Below, in pieces: positions 7,914 through 17,304 of a stretch of DNA of 64,000 nt. Position numbers and translations under genes: made by a program. How positions within the stretch are numbered: the stretch's first letter is position 1; each line of letters opens with the position of its first letter. This stretch comes from Bacteroidota bacterium. GTDB taxonomy: Bacteria > Bacteroidota > Bacteroidia > Chitinophagales > BACL12. The notes under the pieces are model-generated. The model saw nothing but the letters and a program-made list of their open reading frames with translations, searched no databases and was not told the origin of the DNA. The DNA is taken from assembly GCA_031372705.1 (NCBI GenBank), contig JANMLV010000097.1:8316-72315 (forward strand). The letters run 5' to 3'.

Positions 7914-7957
7914 ATTGTCATAATTTAAACTAAATAGCATCAAAAAACAAATCAAAT

Positions 7958-9187
7958 ATGAACAACATTAACCAGCTGCTGCGCGCTGCAGCCGAATTTG
8001 GAACACCATTGTATGTGTACAATGAAGATACAATGACAAATAAATATGAAACACTGAAAAGTGCATTTTCAAACATCCCTGTAAAAATAAAATACGCCTG
8101 TAAAGCACTAACTAATATGCAGGTTTTAAAGCACTTCAAGGCATTAGGTGCAGGACTCGATGCTGTTGCCATTGAAGAAGTTCAACTTGGATTAATAGCC
8201 GGTTTTTTACCGGAAGAAATACTTTTTACTCCCAACGGTGTAAGCATGCAAGAAATAAACGAAGCAGTGCAACTTGGCGTAGTTATTAATATCGACAACA
8301 TCAGCATTTTAGAACAATTTGGCAACCAATATCACAATACAGTTCCTTGTTGCATAAGACTAAACCCACATATTGAAGCCGGTGGGCATCATCATATTCA
8401 AACCGGACATATTGATAGTAAATTCGGAATTTCAATTTATCAACTTCGACATGTTTTACGGATTATTAAAGCACATGATATGAATGTTATCGGACTACAC
8501 ATGCATACCGGATCTGACATTTTAAACAGTAATGCATTTTTGCAAGGAGCCGATATTTTATTTGAAAGTGCATCGCAATTTACGGACATCCAATTCTTAG
8601 ATTTCGGCAGCGGCTTCAAAGTTCCGTATAAAGAAGATGATGTTGCCACCGATGTAGTGGAATTAGGTATTAAACTAACAGAAAAATATAATGATTACTT
8701 TGGTAACGCCGAAAATAAACCTGAAATATGGTTTGAGCCAGGAAAATTTTTAGTGAGCGAAGCAGGAACATTGTTGGTTCAAGTAAATGTAATCAAACCA
8801 ACTATGGCTACTGTTTTTGCCGGTGTAAACAGCGGACAGAATCACCTTATCAGGCCTATGTTTTACGATGCTTGGCACGATATCGTTAACATCAGTAATC
8901 CAAATGGCATTAAAAGAATTTATACTGTTGTAGGTTATATTTGTGAAACAGACACATTTGGCCGCGATCGTAAACTGAGCGAAACTAAAGAAGGTGATAT
9001 CCTCGCCATTAAAAATGCGGGTGCTTACGGTTATTCAATGAGTAACAATTATAATAGTAGACTCCGTCCTGCTGAAGTGCTCATCAACAATAACAATAAA
9101 ATGCAATTAATTCGCAAGAGAGAAACTTTAGAAGATTTATTGCGCAACCAAATAAATATTGAAGCAGAAATTAATATTTACGGCTAA
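7958..9187 (+). CDS. lysA: Diaminopimelate decarboxylase
   Basis: Fold-III PLP decarboxylase pattern (FGTPLYVY, YACKA, HMHTGS, GAYGYSMS) and a length typical of LysA. Confidence 0.9.
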   Translation: MNNINQLLRAAAEFGTPLYVYNEDTMTNKYETLKSAFSNIPVKIKYACKALTNMQVLKHFKALGAGLDAVAIEEVQLGLIAGFLPEEILFTPNGVSMQEINEAVQLGVVINIDNISILEQFGNQYHNTVPCCIRLNPHIEAGGHHHIQTGHIDSKFGISIYQLRHVLRIIKAHDMNVIGLHMHTGSDILNSNAFLQGADILFESASQFTDIQFLDFGSGFKVPYKEDDVATDVVELGIKLTEKYNDYFGNAENKPEIWFEPGKFLVSEAGTLLVQVNVIKPTMATVFAGVNSGQNHLIRPMFYDAWHDIVNISNPNGIKRIYTVVGYICETDTFGRDRKLSETKEGDILAIKNAGAYGYSMSNNYNSRLRPAEVLINNNNKMQLIRKRETLEDLLRNQINIEAEINIYG

Positions 9188-9189
9188 TA

Positions 9190-9831
9190 TTATTCATTCA
9201 AAAACGGATTTTCCCGGCGTTCCTCGCCAATGGTTGTTGGCTGCATGTGGCCTGCATAAACTTTAGTATCATCCGGCAATGGCATTAACTTATCATTGAT
9301 AGATTGCATTAAAGTGGCATAATTGCCTCCGGGAAGATCCGTTCTGCCAATTGAACGACGAAAAAGCACATCACCACTGACTATAAATTTGTCGTTCCTA
9401 TTATAAAAACAAATGCTGGCAGGCGAATGCCCGGGTGCGAAAATCACTTCTAAAGTCGTTTTACCAAATTCCACAACTTCGCCTTCCTCAACAAATATTT
9501 CTGGCTCCGGTGATTTTTTGTAGTGCATACCCATTGTTGGCGCATAGTTTACCACTTCATGTAATACCGGTATCTCTCCTTTGTGCATTAAAAGTGGCAC
9601 ATTCCATGTATCGGCAACAAATTTGTTCCCCAAAACATGGTCAATATGACAATGTGTATTAATCAGATATTTGGGTTTTAGTCCTTTTTTTGTAATAAAA
9701 TCGCTCAACTCCTCTTGTTCCTCCTTACTGTAACAACCGGGGTCAATTACAACGCATTCGCCGGTTTCATCGTATATTATATAAGTATTTTCGTAAAAAG
9801 GGTTAAAAGTAAAGCTAACAATATGGGCCAT
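9190..9831 (-). CDS. MBL-fold metallo-hydrolase (glyoxalase II-like)
   Basis: THCHIDHVLG metal-binding motif, about 210 aa. Confidence 0.85.
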   Translation of the reverse strand: MAHIVSFTFNPFYENTYIIYDETGECVVIDPGCYSKEEQEELSDFITKKGLKPKYLINTHCHIDHVLGNKFVADTWNVPLLMHKGEIPVLHEVVNYAPTMGMHYKKSPEPEIFVEEGEVVEFGKTTLEVIFAPGHSPASICFYNRNDKFIVSGDVLFRRSIGRTDLPGGNYATLMQSINDKLMPLPDDTKVYAGHMQPTTIGEERRENPFLNE

Positions 9832-9880
9832 GAGATAAACGTTATTTTGTAAAATTTTGTTGAATACTTGAACTTTATGG

Positions 9881-9888
9881 CAAAACTA
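9881..9888 (-). promoter_or_regulatory. Possible -7 box for the MBL hydrolase gene
   Basis: The plus strand reads CAAAACTA, which is TAGTTTTG on the minus strand, about 50 nt upstream of the ATG at 9831. Confidence 0.35.
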
Positions 9889-9920
9889 CGTATTTTGCAT
9901 TGGTGATGTCGCTTAATGGT

Positions 9921-12900
9921 ATGAAAGATAAAGGATTTTTTTTGCTGTCGATTGTCGTTTTTTCGATACTGCTCCTACTGGGCCAATTTTCCTATGGACA
10001 AGGGACACAAGTTCAATTCGGTCAAAATCGTGTTCAGTACAAAGAATTTACATGGCAATTTTATGAAGGCGACCATTTTTTAGTTTATTTCAGTCAAGGT
10101 GGACAAAATTTAGGCAAGTTTACGGCTCAAATTGCCGAATCTGATTTGGTGCAAATTGAAGATTTACTCGACTATAAATTAAGCTCAAAACCGGAAATAA
10201 TTGTTTACAATAATATCTCCGATTATAACCAAAGTAATTTTGCAATTGGCAAAGAAGAGCAATATAACATTGGCGGACAAACAAAAATTATTGGGAATAA
10301 AATATTTATTTATTTCGATGGCAACCATCAGCATTTAAGAAAACAAATTCGGGAAGGAGTTGGAAAAGTTTTAATAAACTCAATGATTTACGGTGGCAAC
10401 TTACAAGAAATTGTACAAAATGCGGTGCTGCTAAATTTACCTGAATGGTTTACAGAAGGCTTAGTTTCATACATTGGTGAAGAATGGAATACCGAATTAG
10501 ATAATCAGTTGCGCGAAGGTGTTATGAGCGGCCGGTACGAAAAGTTTAATAAGCTAACCGGCGAGGATGCGCGTTTTGCCGGACATGCACTTTGGTATTA
10601 TATTGCTGAAAGCTATGGCGAAGCTACCATTCCGAATTTGTTGTATCTAATACGAATTAATCGCTCACTCGAAAATGGTTTCATTTTTGTTTTGGGCACC
10701 GGCGTAAATGGCACAATTGATGAATGGTACAAACACTTCCTAATCAAATACCAAAAAGAAGCAGTTGGAAAAATTAAACCTAGTACCGAAAATATCATAC
10801 CGAGAAAAACAAAGAAAAACGCACAATATCATGAATTAGCTTTAAGTCCGGATGGAAAAAATATTGCCTACGCAATAGATGACCACGGAAAATTTAAAGT
10901 ATTTATCCAAGAAATCGGCTCAAAAGAAACCGACAAAATAAAGAAAGGCGGATTAAAAACCAGAACCTTAGCTACTGACCTAAGTAATCCTTTAGTGTGC
11001 TGGAGCCCTGACGGCAAAAAGTTAGCAATCGTTTATGAAAAGCGATATAAAAATTTTATCACAACTTACGATACTGATAAAAAAGAAAAAGAAACTAAAG
11101 AACTTTCACGCTTTCAAAAAATTTTAGATGTAAGTTTTGCTAAAACAAATAGCAGACTCATCATGAGTGTGATGAATAACGGTCAAAGCGATATTTACAT
11201 GTATCATTTGTTGAACGACCGTGTTGAACAACTCACTAACGACTATTTCGATGACTTAAATCCCGGATATGTGCAATTAAATAATGGTTACGAAGGAATT
11301 ATTTTCGCATCAAATCGTGAAAAAGATTCATTGTACAACACCAGAACAGTAGATTCAATTTTACCGGTTGGCAACATGGATCTTTATTTCTACGATTACA
11401 TACACAAATCAAAAAAACTGGTTAAGGTTACGCATACCAAAAAAATCAGCGAAACAGCACCTTTGCAATTCGACGAAAAACATTTTGCCTATTTAAGCGA
11501 TCAAAACGGCATTATTAATAGGTTTGCAGGATATCTCGACAGTCTTTATGACCATACTGATACGTTGGTGTATTATCCTGACTCTATAGTTACAAATCCC
11601 CTATATGATTATACTGATTTAACCACATGGCCCAAATTTGACTCCATGTTGCTTGCCGATATCTATCGCGATACAGCTTATGTATTTCCGGTAACCAACT
11701 ATGCAGGAAATATTATTGAGCATGATGTAAATTGGAAAACAGGAAAAATTTCCGAAGTATTTCAACAAGGAAAAGATAAAGTGTTTTTTATTACCAACGC
11801 ACCGGGTGATATGAGTGCAATAAAAAACAATACGCTTGATAATACCACCTTTAGAAATTTCATCAACTTAAAAAAGAAAGACGACGAATTAGTTACCACA
11901 ATTAATAATACTGATTCAGTTACTCAAGTTAAAACACAAACCATTATTACCAGCACCGATACTATTAAAAAGGAAATTGACGAAGGCATGTTTTTCCAAA
12001 CAGATTTCCCGGAACCTGAACCGGAGCTGACAGAAGTAAACGAAGACCCTGTTGCACTTGGCCAATCAAGAAACCCTGAGCAGGAAAATATTAATACCGG
12101 AAAAAAATTCCGTTCATCGCGCATTGTTCCTTATCGACTTAAATTTAGTAGCGAGTTTGTAACCAGTCAACTCGACAATAGTTTGTTTATAAACAAATAT
12201 GAAAGCTTTAATACAACCGGTGGCGTATATCAAACGCCAAACCTTGGTGCATTATTTACAGTAAGTATTAGCGACTTATTTGAAGATTATCGTTACACAG
12301 GCGGAATAAGATTCCCGACATCATTCTCGGGCGGCGAATATTATTTGTCGTACGATGATTTAAAACACCGATTAGACAAAAAGCTAACTTGGTATTACCA
12401 AAGTGAAAATGCGCAATATACATTCCAACCAACATGGTATCCATTAGTAGATGCAGGAATTAAATCAAATATTGTTGAAGGAAGTTTAAAATATCCGATT
12501 GATGTTATAAGAAGTATAAGAGGAAGTCTTTCTTACCGTGGTGAAAAAGTTGTTTTTCTTGCTAATGATACTTTTAGTTTAAACTTACCGAACTATAAAG
12601 AAGATTGGCTTTCTATGAAGTTAGAATATGTGCATGATAATACTTATCAGGTAATGACTAACATATTAAATGGCATGCGCTACAAAGTGTGGTTTGAAAT
12701 TCATAAGCAATTTGAAGTTAATGCAGACCAGGGATTAAAAGTGAGTATCAATGATGGTTACATGGGCGTGTTTGGATTTGATTTCCGTCATTATCAAAAA
12801 ATTCATCGTCAACTAACCTGGGCAAATCGCGTTGCCGGTGGTACTTCATTTGGGTCACAAAAATTAATTTATTATTTAGGTGGTGTCGATAGTTGGATTG

Positions 12901-13364
12901 CTCCGGTATTTAATCAAGATGTTGAAATTAATCAGGAAGCAGGATATGCATTCCAAACATTAGCAACAAATTTGCGTGGCTACGATCAAAATGCCAGAAA
13001 TGGTAATGGATATGCAGTTTTCAATTCTGAATTACGATTACCGATTTTTTCATATCTCTTTAATAAACCGTTGCGCTCCGAATTTTTACGCAATTTTCAA
13101 GTTGTTGGATTTTATGATATTGGAACCGCTTGGGAAGGCGCATCACCATTCGAGGAAGACAATCCGTATACCGAATCTGAAATTTCGCAACAACCTATTA
13201 CCGTAAATGTAAATTATTACCGCGACCCTGTAGTTATGGGAACAGGAGTTGGAATACGCACTACGCTGTTTGGATATTTTATCAGAGTAGACAGAGCACA
13301 ACCACTTGATGCAAGCGGATTGGGTGACCCACGCTGGTATTTTTCATTAAGTTTAGATTTCTAA
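9921..13364 (+). CDS. Large outer-membrane protein: N-terminal domain, TolB-like PD40 beta-propeller repeats and a C-terminal beta-barrel
   Basis: Signal peptide MKDKGFFLLSIVVFSILLLLGQFSYGQ. PD40-like LSPDGKNIAY and WSPDGKKLAI. Acidic/Pro linker, then an alternating beta-strand region ending in ...YFSLSLDF (terminal Phe). The ORF track starts at TTG 9900; ATG 9906 or 9921 is more likely. Confidence 0.6.
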   Translation: MKDKGFFLLSIVVFSILLLLGQFSYGQGTQVQFGQNRVQYKEFTWQFYEGDHFLVYFSQGGQNLGKFTAQIAESDLVQIEDLLDYKLSSKPEIIVYNNISDYNQSNFAIGKEEQYNIGGQTKIIGNKIFIYFDGNHQHLRKQIREGVGKVLINSMIYGGNLQEIVQNAVLLNLPEWFTEGLVSYIGEEWNTELDNQLREGVMSGRYEKFNKLTGEDARFAGHALWYYIAESYGEATIPNLLYLIRINRSLENGFIFVLGTGVNGTIDEWYKHFLIKYQKEAVGKIKPSTENIIPRKTKKNAQYHELALSPDGKNIAYAIDDHGKFKVFIQEIGSKETDKIKKGGLKTRTLATDLSNPLVCWSPDGKKLAIVYEKRYKNFITTYDTDKKEKETKELSRFQKILDVSFAKTNSRLIMSVMNNGQSDIYMYHLLNDRVEQLTNDYFDDLNPGYVQLNNGYEGIIFASNREKDSLYNTRTVDSILPVGNMDLYFYDYIHKSKKLVKVTHTKKISETAPLQFDEKHFAYLSDQNGIINRFAGYLDSLYDHTDTLVYYPDSIVTNPLYDYTDLTTWPKFDSMLLADIYRDTAYVFPVTNYAGNIIEHDVNWKTGKISEVFQQGKDKVFFITNAPGDMSAIKNNTLDNTTFRNFINLKKKDDELVTTINNTDSVTQVKTQTIITSTDTIKKEIDEGMFFQTDFPEPEPELTEVNEDPVALGQSRNPEQENINTGKKFRSSRIVPYRLKFSSEFVTSQLDNSLFINKYESFNTTGGVYQTPNLGALFTVSISDLFEDYRYTGGIRFPTSFSGGEYYLSYDDLKHRLDKKLTWYYQSENAQYTFQPTWYPLVDAGIKSNIVEGSLKYPIDVIRSIRGSLSYRGEKVVFLANDTFSLNLPNYKEDWLSMKLEYVHDNTYQVMTNILNGMRYKVWFEIHKQFEVNADQGLKVSINDGYMGVFGFDFRHYQKIHRQLTWANRVAGGTSFGSQKLIYYLGGVDSWIAPVFNQDVEINQEAGYAFQTLATNLRGYDQNARNGNGYAVFNSELRLPIFSYLFNKPLRSEFLRNFQVVGFYDIGTAWEGASPFEEDNPYTESEISQQPITVNVNYYRDPVVMGTGVGIRTTLFGYFIRVDRAQPLDASGLGDPRWYFSLSLDF

Positions 13365-13399
13365 ATTTTATTATTAATTCATATTAATTGCAGGTTGCG

Positions 13400-13407
13400 T
13401 AATTTTG
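13400..13407 (+). promoter_or_regulatory. -7 promoter box abutting the EamA start
   Basis: TAATTTTG followed by CACT and then GTG at 13412, so the transcript may be leaderless. Confidence 0.4.
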
Positions 13408-13411
13408 CACT

Positions 13412-14314
13412 GTGAAGGCTTCGCTCAAAGCACATTTATTTATTCTTGGTGCAAACATTATTTATGGCGTTAATTATGCCATTGGAAAAACTGCATTGCA
13501 ATATTTCGACCCATTTGGAATCGTTTTGATGCGCGTAACAGGAGCTGTTATTATTTTTACACTTCTGTATTATATCTCCGGTCGCGAAAAAATTGCACCC
13601 GGCGACCACAAGAAATTATTAATTGCATCGCTGTTCGGCGTGGTAATTAATCAACTCATGTTTTTTAAAGGGCTAAGCTTAACTTCTGAAATACACTCCG
13701 CACTCATTATGATTGCTACGCCGTTAATTGTATTAATAATGGCATGGATAATTTTGAAAGATAAAATAACCTGGTTAAAATCAGGCGGAATTATTATTGG
13801 AGCAATTGGTGTTGCCATGCTCATTTCATCAGGTGCAGCAGATGCATCATCACCTTCAAGTATTATTGGTGATTTATGTATTACCATCAACGCAACATCA
13901 TATGCCATATTCCTTATCATTGCTAAACCATTAATGGCTAAATACTCGCCCTATACCATTGCCAGATGGATATTTACTTATGGAATTATATTTGTGTTAC
14001 CATTTGGCATTCAATCGGTAATAGGTATTGAATGGCAGGGTATTCCTTCAATTGCGTTTTGGGCACTCGGTTTCGTAATTCTTGGCGCAACCGTGCTCGC
14101 TTATTTGTTTAATATTTTAGGCTTAAACTATGGCTCACCGGCTTTAGTAAGCATTTACATCTATACACAACCCGTAATTGCTACTATCATCGCTATTGCT
14201 CTAGGAAGCGATACCATTACCTTTAGTAAAGTAATTTCTGCCATTCTAGTTTTTGCAGGAGTAGCATTGGTAAGTTTTACCGGAACTAAAAAACCTTTGA
14301 ATACAACAGTATAA
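13412..14314 (+). CDS. EamA/DMT family transporter
   Basis: 10-TM duplicated EamA topology. The N-terminus LKAHLFILGANIIYGVNY is typical of the family. Confidence 0.8.
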   Translation: MKASLKAHLFILGANIIYGVNYAIGKTALQYFDPFGIVLMRVTGAVIIFTLLYYISGREKIAPGDHKKLLIASLFGVVINQLMFFKGLSLTSEIHSALIMIATPLIVLIMAWIILKDKITWLKSGGIIIGAIGVAMLISSGAADASSPSSIIGDLCITINATSYAIFLIIAKPLMAKYSPYTIARWIFTYGIIFVLPFGIQSVIGIEWQGIPSIAFWALGFVILGATVLAYLFNILGLNYGSPALVSIYIYTQPVIATIIAIALGSDTITFSKVISAILVFAGVALVSFTGTKKPLNTTV

Positions 14315-14317
14315 TTG

Positions 14318-14325
14318 TATTTTTG
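14318..14325 (+). promoter_or_regulatory. -7 promoter box for yicC-gmk
   Basis: TATTTTTG lies 17 nt upstream of ATG 14342 and inside the longer TTG-initiated ORF of the track. Confidence 0.45.
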
Positions 14326-14341
14326 CGGTAAATTAGTTTGT

Positions 14342-15214
14342 ATGATTATTTCAATGACAGGTTATGGACGCAGTACTTTTACCCTTGCCGGTAAAAACAT
14401 TGTGTTAGAAATGAAGACGTTAAACAGTAAATCCTTCGATTTAAATCTCCGAATTGCCCCTTTATTCAAAGAATATGAAATCGAAATCCGCAACCTCTTA
14501 AACAAGGCAATCATGCGCGGAAAAACGGACTGCACTTTAGGTTACGAATTAGCTGATGATAAAGGTGGTGAAATAAACCCAACAGCAGTTAAAGAATATT
14601 ATCGCCAGCTTAAAAGCATTGCAAACGATTTAAGTGTTGATGACAGCAGAATATTCGATTTAGTTTTCAGGCTGCCGAATGTTACCACAACTTCAACTGA
14701 AAGCTTAAGTGAAGAACAATGGAATGAAGTAAGCCTTCAAATTGAACGCGCAGCAAATCAACTCAATAAATTCAGAGCCGATGAAGGTGCAAACTTGCAA
14801 AAAGATCTTGTTATTCGAGTTCAGTTAATGTTAGAAGCACTTAAAGAAGTTGAAGATCTTGACCCTTCAAGAATGGAACAACAACGCACTAAAATGTTTT
14901 CCGATTTACAAAATTATATGGGCGGTGAAGACATTGATAAAAACAGATTCGAACAAGAGCTGATTTTTTATCTTGAAAAAATGGATATCACCGAAGAAGT
15001 AACCAGACTGCGCTCTCATTGCAATTACTTTATGGAAACAATGAATGACAATACAAATGAAAAAGGCAAGAAGCTCGGATTTATTTGTCAGGAAATGAAT
15101 CGTGAAATAAATACAATTGGCTCAAAATCATATCATGCCGAAATGCAACGCAAAGTAGTTGTTATGAAAGATGAATTAGAAAAAATGAAAGAACAACTTA
15201 ATAATGTTTTATAA
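14342..15214 (+). CDS. yicC: YicC/YloC family protein (stress-induced, endoribonuclease family)
   Basis: Canonical N-terminus (MIIS)MTGYGR and C-terminal EMNREINTIGSK motif. The start is trimmed from 14315. Confidence 0.85.
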   Translation: MIISMTGYGRSTFTLAGKNIVLEMKTLNSKSFDLNLRIAPLFKEYEIEIRNLLNKAIMRGKTDCTLGYELADDKGGEINPTAVKEYYRQLKSIANDLSVDDSRIFDLVFRLPNVTTTSTESLSEEQWNEVSLQIERAANQLNKFRADEGANLQKDLVIRVQLMLEALKEVEDLDPSRMEQQRTKMFSDLQNYMGGEDIDKNRFEQELIFYLEKMDITEEVTRLRSHCNYFMETMNDNTNEKGKKLGFICQEMNREINTIGSKSYHAEMQRKVVVMKDELEKMKEQLNNVL

Positions 15215-15780
15215 TGCAGGGTAAACTTGTAATTGTAACAGCTCCGTCAGGTGCAGGAAAAACTACAATAGTTAAACATTTATTGGCAGCAGAACCAAAT
15301 TTAGTTTTCTCTGTTTCGGCTACCACACGTCCAATCCGCAATATGGAGGTTGATGGTAAAGATTATTATTTTTTAACCATGGAAACTTTTCAACAAAAAG
15401 TAGAAGCAGATGCTTTTGTTGAATGGGAAGAAGTTTATCCCGGTAAATGTTACGGTACACTTAAAAGTGAAGTTGAGCGCATCTGGAATTCCGGAAAACA
15501 TGTAATTTTTGATGTTGATGTTAAAGGCGCTTTAGCATTAAAAAACAAGTATCCTGAACACACAATTTCAATATTTATAAAACCACCTTCGCTCGAAATT
15601 CTTGTTGAACGATTAAAAAATCGCAATACGGAAACACCCGAAACACTTGCAATAAGAACCGAGCGAATGAAATACGAACTCACCTTTGCTCGGTATTTCG
15701 ACCATGTAATTGTTAATGATAATTTAGACACAGCTAAACGGGAAGCACAAACCTTGGTGCATAATTTTTTGTTGCCGTAA
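15214..15780 (+). CDS. gmk: Guanylate kinase
   Basis: P-loop APSGAGKTT with a TTRP...E..G.DY.F pattern. TAATG overlap with yicC. Confidence 0.9.
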   Translation: MQGKLVIVTAPSGAGKTTIVKHLLAAEPNLVFSVSATTRPIRNMEVDGKDYYFLTMETFQQKVEADAFVEWEEVYPGKCYGTLKSEVERIWNSGKHVIFDVDVKGALALKNKYPEHTISIFIKPPSLEILVERLKNRNTETPETLAIRTERMKYELTFARYFDHVIVNDNLDTAKREAQTLVHNFLLP

Positions 15781-15826
15781 CAGGAAAGAACCGATTTTTC
15801 TTTACATTTACAGCACAACAGCAAGC

Positions 15827-16207
15827 ATGGTTACTTCAATCACACAAGGAGTTAAGGTTAGCGTTGAAACATTTTTTCAACCGGATTATTCGCGTAAAGG
15901 CGAATTTGTGTTCGCTTACAGAATAACAATTGAAAACAAAAGCGAGTTTACCGTTCAGCTAATGCGCAGACACTGGCGTATTTATGATGGCATTGGCGTT
16001 TGGCGCGATGTTGAAGGTGAAGGCGTTGTAGGAGAAACACCCATTATGGAACCCGGGCATTTACATCAATACGTTTCAGGCTGCCATCTTATAGCTCCAA
16101 TGGGCAAAATGAAAGGCACTTACCTCATGCTCAGAACCGGCGATGGCAACTATTTTGATGTTATTATTCCTGAATTTCAAATGATTGCACCATTCTTGTT
16201 AAACTAA
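15827..16207 (+). CDS. apaG: ApaG (DUF525) protein
   Basis: FAYRITIEN...V.L..RHW.I.DG......V.GEGVVGE.P...PG pattern. Confidence 0.85.
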   Translation: MVTSITQGVKVSVETFFQPDYSRKGEFVFAYRITIENKSEFTVQLMRRHWRIYDGIGVWRDVEGEGVVGETPIMEPGHLHQYVSGCHLIAPMGKMKGTYLMLRTGDGNYFDVIIPEFQMIAPFLLN

Positions 16208-16209
16208 TT

Positions 16210-17268
16210 TCAGTCTTCAGGATTGTATCCCGACATTTTCAAAAATCTCAAGGCATCCATTTCATAAAACAGTGTTAGGAGGTCCGTTTCAGGATTTTCT
16301 TTCATGTATGACCTAACAATTTGCCAACCGGCCCAGGCTGCAACCCTTCCCGGTGCTGCATCCGGCATCCCTACCGAAGTAGGAGCTTCATCCAAATATC
16401 TGCGATGGTCGTCGGTACGCTTCGAAAATAATAACTCCTCTCCTGCTAAAAACTTCCATATTTCTGCTTCATTAGCATCACACCACTCAATTTGAGCATC
16501 GGAATATCCCATTTTTATTGAATCAGGCATATTGGGCAACACGCAATCCAAGTAATAAAGCATCTTGCCTTCCCTCAACATGGCATCCAACAAGCTAAGC
16601 TCCATCCCGGGAACCGGAATGCTACCGTCCATTAAACTGCGCATTACATTTAAAGCAATAAATGGTCTGTCGAAGCGAAAAGTAAGATACAATGGCATGT
16701 TATTCTCGAAATTACCATAATAGGCAAAGTTTTGTCCCATATACATATCAAGCTCAATACCCATTGTTTCATCATCAAAAAGCGTTTGATATACAAAAGG
16801 CCCGGTATAGGTATACAATTGCGGTAGTGCACTATCAGGGAAGTAATACTTAAAATACCGGTATGCAGTTGAAATTTCCGCTTCTACATCATCCATTTTG
16901 GCATACACTAACTTTATGGTATCATTTAATCTGCTCATCCATTCATTGCCTAATGTATTTGAAAATAACGAGTCATAAACATCATATTCGGCAGTAGTAT
17001 CATCTACCGAAAGTCCCCAAAAATTGCGATAATAAGCCGCAAACACTTCGGGATGCGCCGCTTCAATTTTCGCGAAAACCGATTTGTAATTGGTCGCATT
17101 AGCCTCCGACATCATCGTTTCGAGTCGCAAAATAGAAACTTCCTGCTCCGGAATGTCTGAAATATCAGGGTGCGGATTGTCGTTTTTGTTCCCGCAACCG
17201 GCCACCACAAACCATGTAAACGAAATCATGCAAAGAATTACAAAAAATAACTTATGTTTGTGCACCAT
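16210..17268 (-). CDS. gldB: Gliding motility lipoprotein GldB-like
   Basis: Lipobox (VVAGCG), size about 350 aa. Adjacent to nadE as I recall for the Flavobacterium gldB locus. The assignment rests on memory of the family, not on a search. Confidence 0.5.
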   Translation of the reverse strand: MVHKHKLFFVILCMISFTWFVVAGCGNKNDNPHPDISDIPEQEVSILRLETMMSEANATNYKSVFAKIEAAHPEVFAAYYRNFWGLSVDDTTAEYDVYDSLFSNTLGNEWMSRLNDTIKLVYAKMDDVEAEISTAYRYFKYYFPDSALPQLYTYTGPFVYQTLFDDETMGIELDMYMGQNFAYYGNFENNMPLYLTFRFDRPFIALNVMRSLMDGSIPVPGMELSLLDAMLREGKMLYYLDCVLPNMPDSIKMGYSDAQIEWCDANEAEIWKFLAGEELLFSKRTDDHRRYLDEAPTSVGMPDAAPGRVAAWAGWQIVRSYMKENPETDLLTLFYEMDALRFLKMSGYNPED

Positions 17269-17283
17269 GTAAAATATTTAAAT

Positions 17284-17291
17284 CAAATGTA
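17284..17291 (-). promoter_or_regulatory. Possible -7 box for gldB
   Basis: The plus strand reads CAAATGTA, which is TACATTTG on the minus strand, 16 nt upstream of the ATG at 17268. Confidence 0.4.
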
Positions 17292-17304
17292 AAACTAATA
17301 AGCT

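Noticed and set aside
14315-14341. Long N-terminal extensions in the ORF track (14315, 19643, 24958, 53029, 57169, 60363, 60940, 9900)
   Set aside because: Most begin at TTG or GTG. They overlap the upstream gene or contain the candidate -7 promoter box, and they precede an ATG that gives the canonical family N-terminus or signal peptide (MTGYG for YicC, MSEIAEKV for AcpP, and so on).
15450-15824. Antisense or overlapping ORFs of 60-126 aa inside confident genes (for example 15450..15824, 62053..62433, 45786..46130, 60654..60980, 6249..6533, 32292..32576, 23727..23999)
   Set aside because: Each lies entirely within, or antisense to, a gene with strong family motifs. Their translations are low-complexity or Cys/Phe/Ile-rich, as is typical of AT-rich antisense frames, and none has its own promoter box.
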